34,356 bases of DNA from a virus. Lineage: Duplodnaviria; Caudoviricetes. Under the pieces are notes generated by a model. The model did no database searches and was not told where the DNA came from. It saw only the letters and a list, made by a program, of their open reading frames with translations. Of this stretch, positions 9,910-16,746 are shown piece after piece. Within the stretch, counting starts at the first letter, position 1; each line of letters starts with the position of its first letter. The DNA is taken from positions 1 to 34,356 of the IMG/VR virus record IMGVR_UViG_3300025653_000124; one strand, written 5' to 3'. Made by a program: the position numbers and the translations under genes.

Positions 9910-10195
9910 TTTCCAACCGTTTACGTAAACCTACGTGAGATATATCTCTACCTGTATTTCGTGTAAGCCAATTAGCTACTTCACGATATGAGTACTGTTT
10001 AAGATACCTTTGTGCCTGTTCAAGCATATCAAGCTCATGGTCAATAGGCAGCAGTACATCAGGGTCATCTGGATTTACTTCATAGCCGAATGGAATGGTC
10101 CTAGATATACGGGGAATAGGAACCCATTCATTGTCTTCTTTTATATCAGTTGGTTGGGGTAACTTCCATTGTTTTAATGGTTTAGTCATCTTCAT
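9764..10195 (-). CDS. Putative DNA-binding (HTH/recombinase-like) packaging-associated protein
   Basis: 143 aa with an IPFGY motif and a SYREVANWL...ISHVGLRKRL helix-turn-helix; lies between TerS and TerL. Confidence 0.6.
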   Translation of the reverse strand: MKMTKPLKQWKLPQPTDIKEDNEWVPIPRISRTIPFGYEVNPDDPDVLLPIDHELDMLEQAQRYLKQYSYREVANWLTRNTGRDISHVGLRKRLENERRRKNKAASLRRWADYAKKAIAKAEEIERTRLGAKADEEDISEAKA

Positions 10196-10553
10196 CCATT
10201 TGTTTTGGTGGCATTAGCATTACTCCACCTTTAGCTTCTACTTGCATCTTTTCTGTTTTAACTAGGCCAGTACGATCTAGTAGTTCTTTTGCCGCTGACA
10301 TCTTATCACGAATACCTAGTTCAGTAGGATCGTACAAAGCACCTACCATAGCCATTGCAGCTTTAGGTGCATTACGTGCCATGTAAGCAGATGTAGCATC
10401 TAGTATTTCTTCTTTCAAAGAGTTAATGATCTCAGTAGATGAAGTAGCATCCGAATACCCTGCAATCTTTTTTGCAGCTACAATGTCACCACCAGCCTCA
10501 TCAAATAAGACAGCTAGTAGTTTCTGTTGTTTTTCTGTTAATGCTCGTGCCAT
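10182..10553 (-). CDS. terS: Terminase small subunit
   Basis: Start MARALTEKQQKLL...AAKKIAGYS matches the TerS N-terminal HTH; also AAKELLDR. Likely start 10553. Confidence 0.7.
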   Translation of the reverse strand: MARALTEKQQKLLAVLFDEAGGDIVAAKKIAGYSDATSSTEIINSLKEEILDATSAYMARNAPKAAMAMVGALYDPTELGIRDKMSAAKELLDRTGLVKTEKMQVEAKGGVMLMPPKQMDEDD

Positions 10554-10554
10554 T

Positions 10555-10896
10555 TTAACTCTTTCTTCTAAACAATGCAAGCACAAAGTTTGCTATTGAT
10601 TGACCTATTTGTGTCGGGGTAGGAAGTAGCCATCCTAGTAGTAGCAGCATTATAACCCAAGGGGGAATATTCTGATTACTAATCATTAGCTTTTCTACTG
10701 GACCTGCTTCTACTTCTTTTGTTTCTGTAATGATGTCACGTCCTGCGTTATTAGTTTCTTCTTCTTCGTAAGTAACTACAGCCTGTTTGTTTTCTTTACC
10801 TAACTGTGTATTAGCAGCTACATTAGTACCGCCTGTAGGTAACAGTGAAGTTAAACCACAACTAGATAACAATAAGGCCAGAACTAACCATCTCAT
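10555..10896 (-). CDS. Unimolecular spanin (u-spanin)
   Basis: Lipobox LLLSS-C at residue 13, beta-rich periplasmic part with TQLGKENKQ, C-terminal TM helix; follows the endolysin. Same architecture as T1 gp11. Confidence 0.72.
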   Translation of the reverse strand: MRWLVLALLLSSCGLTSLLPTGGTNVAANTQLGKENKQAVVTYEEEETNNAGRDIITETKEVEAGPVEKLMISNQNIPPWVIMLLLLGWLLPTPTQIGQSIANFVLALFRRKS

Positions 10897-11363
10897 TACA
10901 TCATCTCAAAATGTGGAGCATCAATGAAGGGTCTACGACCTTGTGATCTACGTAGGTCAATGTATGCATTCATTGCGTCCTCTGCAGTGTCATCGTAGTA
11001 ACGAATGTCACCCTCTGACCAAGCTGCACCCCATTTGATAGGCACCTCTAGTTCTTCCGCTGCCTGTGCCATAGCATCACAAATGTTATCGTAAACATTT
11101 AGTTCCCAACTTACGTTAGAACCAAAATAGGCTACGAGGTCTACGGCATGTGAATAACCATCTTCCTGAATAAGGTGTTTGGATTTCATAGTCTGTGATC
11201 GTCCAGAGTTATACAGTTCTTCTTGCTCTGCTAAAGTTCTGACTCCATACGTCACACCAAAGTCAACGTCCGTCAGTTCAATAGCACGTTTAACAACTGC
11301 TACCATATCAGGGTGAACACCCTCTAGTTTACCTAGTGAACGACTACTTAAACTAAATCCCAT
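10896..11363 (-). CDS. Endolysin, M15 L-Ala-D-Glu peptidase (T5-like)
   Basis: SSRSLGKLEGVHPDM, G.RT...Q..L, SKH, HAVDL, WG and DAPHFE zinc-peptidase motifs. Confidence 0.88.
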   Translation of the reverse strand: MGFSLSSRSLGKLEGVHPDMVAVVKRAIELTDVDFGVTYGVRTLAEQEELYNSGRSQTMKSKHLIQEDGYSHAVDLVAYFGSNVSWELNVYDNICDAMAQAAEELEVPIKWGAAWSEGDIRYYDDTAEDAMNAYIDLRRSQGRRPFIDAPHFEMM

Positions 11364-11692
11364 TATCTCATATCCTTACTCATTGCCACTTTGTTGCCCA
11401 TAGGCTTACCTGCCATATAAGCTGTAGCTCCCATGTACGCAGCAACTACACCAGTCTGTGCAATATAAAATAACCCTAGCAAATCTGCTAGAGCATTCAC
11501 ACGTGAGTCTGACATAAAAGGAGTAAACAGAAATACAGTAAAGATAATCATCATGCCCATAGCTACCCAAGCCATAAACTTTTGTGATTCAGCTTTTTCT
11601 TCACGTAGCTCTATCTCAAGCATACGTTCTTTCATTGCTACTTCAGCTTCGGTGATAACGCCATCACCATCTACGTCAAAGTCAACTACCAT
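11363..11692 (-). CDS. Putative holin (2 TM) with N-terminal EF-hand-like loop
   Basis: Two hydrophobic segments; DVDGDGVITEAE loop; directly upstream of the endolysin. Confidence 0.55.
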   Translation of the reverse strand: MVVDFDVDGDGVITEAEVAMKERMLEIELREEKAESQKFMAWVAMGMMIIFTVFLFTPFMSDSRVNALADLLGLFYIAQTGVVAAYMGATAYMAGKPMGNKVAMSKDMR

Positions 11693-11949
11693 TACGTCCT
11701 CCGAAAACGTGCAGCCGTTTTAGCTGCTGCTTTAGGCTGTTTAGAAAACTGCTTACCTGCTGCAGTATCTTTTCTTTTCTTCGCACTACTCGCCGCATAT
11801 TGTGCGGTAGACATAGCTTTAATCGCCGCTTCAGGAAGGTAACGTTCTCCTGTAGCATTTGGACCTTGCGTCGAAGGTTTACCACTTTTAGTTCTCCACT
11901 TCTGTCGAGTCCATTTATCTAAGCTTTGTTGTGATTTAGCTTTAGCCAT
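11692..11949 (-). CDS. Basic protein resembling the C-terminal half of DUF5872
   Basis: QQSLDKWTRQKWRTKSG...GERYLP.AAI motif. Confidence 0.6.
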   Translation of the reverse strand: MAKAKSQQSLDKWTRQKWRTKSGKPSTQGPNATGERYLPEAAIKAMSTAQYAASSAKKRKDTAAGKQFSKQPKAAAKTAARFRRT

Positions 11950-12403
11950 TTGACATTAACCACGCAAAGAATATGATACCACCTATACCACTAAGTAATA
12001 GTAACCCCGATATAGTCCAAGTTATAATAGCTTCTTGTAACTCAGCTTTACGGTATTCATGTTCTCTTTTTTGTTTACGTATCTTAGCTTCAATGCGTAC
12101 TAGTTCATCCCAAGCTGATGGACCCATTGTAAAACTAATATAGTCTTTTAACTCACTACGCATCTGCTCTGCTTTACGTTTAGCTGCAAACACTTCCATT
12201 GCTTCCGCTTCAACAGAGCCACCCATAGATTTCCACCAAGGGGGATTGTTTACTTGTTTCTCAGCCTGACCTAAGTCAGCCATATGTCCTGCCCACTGTG
12301 TTAGTTGACTAGACATGTCCTGTAAGTCCTTGCCTATTGCAAAGCCTTTTTTAAGTGCGTTGAAGGCAACAGTGGCCCCACTGATAATTGTCACTGGGTC
12401 CAT
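11942..12403 (-). CDS. Conserved phage protein with C-terminal TM helix
   Basis: 153 aa starting MDPVT, with a coiled-coil and a C-terminal hydrophobic stretch; GAGGG RBS. Confidence 0.65.
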   Translation of the reverse strand: MDPVTIISGATVAFNALKKGFAIGKDLQDMSSQLTQWAGHMADLGQAEKQVNNPPWWKSMGGSVEAEAMEVFAAKRKAEQMRSELKDYISFTMGPSAWDELVRIEAKIRKQKREHEYRKAELQEAIITWTISGLLLLSGIGGIIFFAWLMSNG

Positions 12404-12412
12404 ATCGCCCTC

Positions 12413-12664
12413 TTAGCTCTTATATCCACCACCTGCAGATTTATACTGCTTGGCTAACATTTGTGCTTTACGTGCAGACCATTGACCTGCACTTCCACCC
12501 TTACTACCTGCTTTAATCTTGTTGAACAAGTTTTTACGCATGGTTGGCTTTGTGTAGTTCCCAGCCGAGTTTACTGTAGATGTACTGCCGCCACGAGACA
12601 TTGTTTTTGTTTTTCGGACTATTGGTGCCTTGTTTTTCAGTTTTGACTTCGTTCTCGGTTTCAT
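12413..12664 (-). CDS. Basic protein resembling the N-terminal half of DUF5872 (start 12664 or 12601)
   Basis: NYTKP..RK.....IKAGSKGG.AGQWSARKAQMLAKQYK.AGGGYK motif. Confidence 0.62.
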   Translation of the reverse strand: MKPRTKSKLKNKAPIVRKTKTMSRGGSTSTVNSAGNYTKPTMRKNLFNKIKAGSKGGSAGQWSARKAQMLAKQYKSAGGGYKS

Positions 12665-12818
12665 AGACAACTCGTTTAATATCTCCACGACCAATGCCAA
12701 TATCGTTTAGCTCACGGTCTGTCATGCGATACAAATGCATTGCTGCAATACGACGATTTGCTTCAGCCTGACGTGCCTCAATAAAGGCAACAAATACTTT
12801 TTTAAACCATTCTTTCAT
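12534..12818 (-). CDS. DUF1127 (YjiS/CcaF1-like) small protein
   Basis: Signature L..MTDRELNDIGIGRGDI preceded by an Arg-rich helix; AAGGAG RBS and its own promoter. Confidence 0.8.
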   Translation of the reverse strand: MKEWFKKVFVAFIEARQAEANRRIAAMHLYRMTDRELNDIGIGRGDIKRVVYETENEVKTEKQGTNSPKNKNNVSWRQYIYSKLGWELHKANHA

Positions 12819-12875
12819 AACTATCTCCTTATGTTATCGGTAACTTTTGCTACCAGAGATAGTTATATCATATAT

Positions 12876-12905
12876 AGTTATAACATACTATAGACAATAA
12901 TGCAA
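12876..12905 (-). promoter_or_regulatory. Sigma70-like promoter upstream of DUF1127 and lysis genes
   Basis: TTGCAT-N17-TATAACT-ATATATG, followed by a second TATAACT. Confidence 0.6.
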
Positions 12906-12917
12906 CCCCGTTATGCA

Positions 12918-13277
12918 TTAACCAATAGGTACAAACGTTTCAGTTACAGTAACAATGCTATCAATGTGTCCTGCTGCATTAGGTACTATCTGAATCTTAT
13001 CACCTGGTTGTAATACAAGGTCAATAGTAGAGAACTCGTGATAGCCATTACCAGCTAAACTCTTATCGTTTAGGAAGTGTGACGTATAAGCATCTGCTGC
13101 TACGTACCACTGAATAGTGACATCATTAGTGCTACCACCACCATTAGCTACAAGGATATATGTAACTTCTGCTGTACAGTTAGCAGGGCAAGTATACACG
13201 TCTTCTACTGCTGTGGTTTCATTGTGACCATAGACAGACTTCCTACGTGCTGGTTTACCTATTGAATATTGGGTCAT
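12918..13277 (-). CDS. Beta-rich putative virion protein
   Basis: 119 aa with VYTCPAN...ILVAN...LVLQPGDKI, a pattern common in marine phage structural proteins. Confidence 0.6.
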   Translation of the reverse strand: MTQYSIGKPARRKSVYGHNETTAVEDVYTCPANCTAEVTYILVANGGGSTNDVTIQWYVAADAYTSHFLNDKSLAGNGYHEFSTIDLVLQPGDKIQIVPNAAGHIDSIVTVTETFVPIG

Positions 13278-13597
13278 TATTTTTTCTTAGTTTTAACTAC
13301 CCATGCTTCGTTAACTTCAGTGTCAGGATCATCTGCAATAAAATGTCCATTCTTGTCACGAGCACGTTCCATTACAAGTTCAGTGGCAGCTTCTGCTACC
13401 TTCTTAACTTTTTTAGTTACCTTCTTAACCTTGCTAGGTTTCTTACTTACAATGTCTTGAATACGTGAGTCACTAATGTAATATCCACCATATGGGTCTT
13501 TACCTGCAAGTACATCACCACGTTGTGTAGTGATAGTGTCTTCAGTAACTACGTATCCATGTTCTTCTAACTCAGCTTTCCAGTCTGTAAAATTCAT
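13277..13597 (-). CDS. Hypothetical protein with RAR..G.FIADDP.T..NEAW motif
   Basis: 106 aa, translationally coupled on both sides. Confidence 0.6.
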   Translation of the reverse strand: MNFTDWKAELEEHGYVVTEDTITTQRGDVLAGKDPYGGYYISDSRIQDIVSKKPSKVKKVTKKVKKVAEAATELVMERARDKNGHFIADDPDTEVNEAWVVKTKKK

Positions 13598-13812
13598 TTA
13601 TCTTTACCGCCTTTTAAACACTTACCTGCTGCCAAGCAGTTACCCCGTGTTTGACATCCTTCACATGTCTCCATAATAAATCCACCTTCATTCATTTTTT
13701 TGTAACCACTGGCATACGCAGCGGCAGCTTGTTTCTCTGCACCTTTACGAGTAGGATACACTTTACCTGAGTCACCCCACTTGTAACCACCCTTAACTTT
13801 ACGTATAGGCAT
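13594..13812 (-). CDS. Small basic protein with C-terminal Cys cluster
   Basis: GYKWG.SGKVY..R..AEKQ..A.YASGY followed by CxxC-x4-C-x5-C. Confidence 0.6.
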   Translation of the reverse strand: MPIRKVKGGYKWGDSGKVYPTRKGAEKQAAAAYASGYKKMNEGGFIMETCEGCQTRGNCLAAGKCLKGGKDK

Positions 13813-14000
13813 TAGGCACTATTTCCTTCAACTTTGTGGCAGTGGGGTGTAGCATAAGCACCCCCTGCTCTTATATTGGTAGCTATTTTTTCTGCTTCTT
13901 CTAAACAAGCTTGTTCAGTATAGAAAGGTTCTGGTTTTGCTATAATCTTACAGGACAATGCCATAGGATCAAAACATACAAGCATTATCCCTATCCACAT
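13812..14000 (-). CDS. Small hypothetical protein (hydrophobic N-terminus, 4 Cys)
   Basis: 62 aa, coupled to neighbouring genes. Confidence 0.5.
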   Translation of the reverse strand: MWIGIMLVCFDPMALSCKIIAKPEPFYTEQACLEEAEKIATNIRAGGAYATPHCHKVEGNSA

Positions 14001-14003
14001 AAC

Positions 14004-14381
14004 TTAGCCTGTATATGAGGCTCCGCATTTTGCGTAACCACCCTTGTTATAATTTTTCTTTTTAGCCATACCACCTTTTTTGAAAGGGGTAGACGGTAGA
14101 GTAACTTTACCCTTCATCTTTTTGTCACGTGCTGCTTGTGCTGAAGAACGTCCAGCTTTACTTGCTTCTGCTGACATTTCATTGTCTACATCTTTCAATT
14201 GACGTTTCAAAGCTGCTAGCTCTTTCTTTTGTTCTGCAGTCAACGTTTCTTTACGTTCTAACCGACGAATCTTATTCTGTAGTGTAGTTGATACACTCGC
14301 CAAAGAACGTGCAGTCATTGTTGTTCCTTTGCCTGTGATGCCTGATAGCAACTCTACGGCTTTACCTTTTCCTGATGCCAT
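14004..14381 (-). CDS. Lys-rich coiled-coil protein
   Basis: 125 aa; AGGAG RBS; two xxKGG motifs at the C-terminus. Confidence 0.6.
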   Translation of the reverse strand: MASGKGKAVELLSGITGKGTTMTARSLASVSTTLQNKIRRLERKETLTAEQKKELAALKRQLKDVDNEMSAEASKAGRSSAQAARDKKMKGKVTLPSTPFKKGGMAKKKNYNKGGYAKCGASYTG

Positions 14382-14398
14382 TGGTATTTACTCCTATA

Positions 14399-14695
14399 TT
14401 ACCACTTAACTTTATCTGCCCAATAAGCTGCACTCAACTTACCTTTAGCAATATTTTTACTGTGACGTGCTTTAAAGGATGCACGTTTCTTTTTCATACG
14501 GTCCGACTCACCAGCTTTGGGTTTACCTGCAGTGCTTGCACCCTGCTCACCAAAACGAATTAGTTTATATGTTTCACCTTCTTTAGCCATCACTACGTGT
14601 GACTTAGTTGGGTGCTTAGGGGTACGTTTAGGTTTATTAACGCCTGACAATCCCAAACGTTCCATTGTACTTTTAACTCTCGCTGGTATCGCCAC
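14399..14695 (-). CDS. Conserved basic phage protein (RASFKARH...SAAYWADKVKW)
   Basis: 98 aa with PKRTP.HP.KSHVV, IRFG.QG and SFKARH motifs widespread in marine viruses. Confidence 0.7.
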   Translation of the reverse strand: MAIPARVKSTMERLGLSGVNKPKRTPKHPTKSHVVMAKEGETYKLIRFGEQGASTAGKPKAGESDRMKKKRASFKARHSKNIAKGKLSAAYWADKVKW

Positions 14696-14897
14696 CGTCT
14701 GTCCATCCTTCCATACGCATAGCCCACTCTACATGTTCTAACGTAAACTTCCTGCCATAATGGTTCTGCACTGCCTCTCGCACGTAGAATACATCACTAT
14801 GGGGGATATGCAATTGATCTACAGTTCCATTCATTACGTGATTATAAAACTCAGAAAGAACATCGTCAGTATATAGTTTTACTGATTTTTTACTCAT
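14673..14897 (-). CDS. Hypothetical protein, first late-arm gene
   Basis: Likely start MSKKSVKLY at 14897 within ORF-track entry 14673..14963. Confidence 0.5.
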   Translation of the reverse strand: MSKKSVKLYTDDVLSEFYNHVMNGTVDQLHIPHSDVFYVREAVQNHYGRKFTLEHVEWAMRMEGWTDGGDTSES

Positions 14898-14903
14898 TGT
14901 CAA
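14875..14903 (-). promoter_or_regulatory. Sigma70-like late-arm promoter
   Basis: TTGACA-N16-TAAAACT-ATATA. Confidence 0.55.
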
Positions 14904-14946
14904 GAACTTTCGTAATAAATATACAAACTCCTCGCCTAACGGCGTT

Positions 14947-15061
14947 ACATATAAAGTGTACATTTAAAGTGATACATATAAGTGTAATATTAGTTAAGTA
15001 TAATTATATCTAACTATATTAACATCTAAGTGAACATTTAAAGTGTAATCACTTATAGTGT
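14947..15061. repeat. Six AT-rich short repeats, consensus ACATWTA(A)AGTG
   Basis: Copies at 14947, 14960, 14974, 15022, 15034 and 15051. Confidence 0.7.
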
Positions 15062-15082
15062 CATCTTAGTTATTCTATATAT

Positions 15083-15111
15083 AGTTTTACACATTCTGTA
15101 CCACATGTCAA
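15083..15111 (-). promoter_or_regulatory. Sigma70-like late-arm promoter
   Basis: TTGACA-N16-TAAAACT-ATATAT. Confidence 0.65.
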
Positions 15112-15554
15112 CCCCTAAACTTAACTATACTGCAATATTAGGGAAAACGTTCTACATATCCCACGTTTTTTGGAACACTGTTCTCTGTAAACCACTATAT
15201 ACGTAATGTGGTTAACACTTCATTTTTCCTGATCTGTGTAGATACGTGTATACAATAACGTACACCCCCGTCATGGCCCCCGCCTACCCCCACACATCAC
15301 ACGTCATGACGCACATCACACACATCATGTGCTCAGGTGAACGCAAACACATAGGCATGTCACACCAACACACAAGAAGCTCCAACAAATTCAGTGACTT
15401 AGCCAACTGCGACAACTGTTATGGAATCAGTTGCCACTCTTTAGAGTGTATTTTCCAGAGTGATTTGTGATCACAGTGTGTGTTGCATCTGCCGATTACA
15501 TTTTTATACCCTACCCCTATAGGGTAGTGAGGCTATTGTTGTGATCACAAAACC

Positions 15555-15568
15555 GTCCAACATTGGAC
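15555..15568. repeat. Palindromic site copy 1 (GTCCAACATTGGAC)
   Basis: Context accGTCCAACATTGGACag; intergenic. Confidence 0.85.
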
Positions 15569-15687
15569 AGTGTTTGCCTCGCATACGCACACGAGTTTCG
15601 CACACCAGTTTCGGTATCGAAGATACCTGCAACCGCACGTGAAACGGCAGGGGCAGAGGATCACACGGGAAACTCGGCTCTTACTAC

Positions 15688-15780
15688 TACTAACTTATAC
15701 AGTTACACAGATAGTTTAATATCTCTCCCTTTAGGGTGAGAGAGATATATAAACTCTCTTAAGTGTAACATAAGTTAGTA
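15688..15780 (+). other. Long imperfect hairpin upstream of the first early gene
   Basis: Paired arms TACTAACTTAT/ATAAGTTAGTA, GTTACAC/GTGTAAC, AGTTTA/TAAACT, ATATCTCTC/GAGAGATAT; loop CCC-TTTA-GGG. Confidence 0.8.
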
Positions 15781-15792
15781 AGGAATAGTATC

Positions 15793-16392
15793 ATGGCAAA
15801 ATCAGCAAACAAAGCAACAAACCAAGTTGGAACAACTTTGGATGCTCTTGTGAAAGAGGGCAAAGCCCTAGGCAAAATGTGGAGCACACTGAACAGTGTG
15901 AAACAGTCTACTAAAGCCAATGGCTTTGACACTCGACTAGGCAAGCTGCTGTCCACACTGAAAGCACAGAGTGCTCATGACAGTGGTCAAATCCCTACTC
16001 ATGTCCTTCGGACACATGGCATTGCCAACATTGATCGTCGTCGTCGTGCCGAAGCTCTATGGTTCTATGAGAACCAAGCTGAGTGTGTGGAGTTCATCAA
16101 AGCCTCAAAGAAAGGCTTCACATCCCTTACAGCTTTACAAGCTGCTATGCGTAAGGCTGCTAAAGCAGACGAACCTACAGCTAAAGCTGAACCGTCCAAC
16201 GTTGGACAGTCTGATGAACCTAAACAAGCAAAGCTTGTGGAACAGTCTGAAACTAAAGTTTCTGTTGGCCCGATCACTCGTACAAAAATGGTACAAACCA
16301 TTTTGAAACAGTGTGAGTTGAACGGCCTTGACCTTGAAACCATCGTAGATGACCTTATATCTGCTATTGCAAAACAAGAGAAGTCAGCGTAA
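15793..16392 (+). CDS. First early protein, unknown function
   Basis: 199-aa Ala/Lys-rich protein with AAGGA RBS. Confidence 0.75.
   Translation: MAKSANKATNQVGTTLDALVKEGKALGKMWSTLNSVKQSTKANGFDTRLGKLLSTLKAQSAHDSGQIPTHVLRTHGIANIDRRRRAEALWFYENQAECVEFIKASKKGFTSLTALQAAMRKAAKADEPTAKAEPSNVGQSDEPKQAKLVEQSETKVSVGPITRTKMVQTILKQCELNGLDLETIVDDLISAIAKQEKSA
16194..16207. repeat. Palindromic site copy 2 (GTCCAACGTTGGAC)
   Basis: Perfect 14-bp palindrome inside a CDS (encodes PSNVGQ). Confidence 0.85.
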
Positions 16393-16401
16393 GCTGGCTT
16401 T
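16381..16401 (+). terminator. GNRA hairpin at the end of the first early gene
   Basis: AAGTCAGC-GTAA-GCTGGCTT-T; short U-tract. Confidence 0.45.
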
Positions 16402-16429
16402 ACACTCAACTGTAAATCGGAGATTTAAT

Positions 16430-16594
16430 ATGTATTTCGTAAAGTTTCTCACTGTTCTGTGCTTGGCTCTGACAAGCATTGTATTCGCTGCCACTGTGAT
16501 ATTTGTATCACAAGGCATACTGACACCTGATTGGCTGCTGATTGGCATACCTTACATCGGTGTCTGCTTGCTATCTATCTGGGCGGCAGACTAA
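16430..16594 (+). CDS. Small 2-TM membrane protein
   Basis: 54 aa starting MYFVKFLTVLCLAL; GGAG RBS. Confidence 0.6.
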   Translation: MYFVKFLTVLCLALTSIVFAATVIFVSQGILTPDWLLIGIPYIGVCLLSIWAAD

Positions 16595-16746
16595 TGACGA
16601 AAGCTGAACTGCTAAAGCAAAAACTTGAGATAGCCAAAGTGTTGGCTAATGTTAAAACGCCTAATGAAAAGTCGCTGTCTTATGACAGTGGATGGAAAGA
16701 ACCGAATGATCCTACCTTATTGTCTTACAGTTATATAAACACTTGA
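16594..16746 (+). CDS. Small hypothetical protein
   Basis: 50 aa starting MTKAELLKQKLEIA; TAATG coupling to the upstream gene. Confidence 0.45.
   Translation: MTKAELLKQKLEIAKVLANVKTPNEKSLSYDSGWKEPNDPTLLSYSYINT

Noticed and set aside
15246-15470. 74-aa His/Thr-rich ORF in the hub
   Set aside because: A product of CA-rich repeats with no RBS; likely non-coding.
15633-15647. CACGTGAAAC resembling parS
   Set aside because: Only a half site, and no ParB-like gene is seen.
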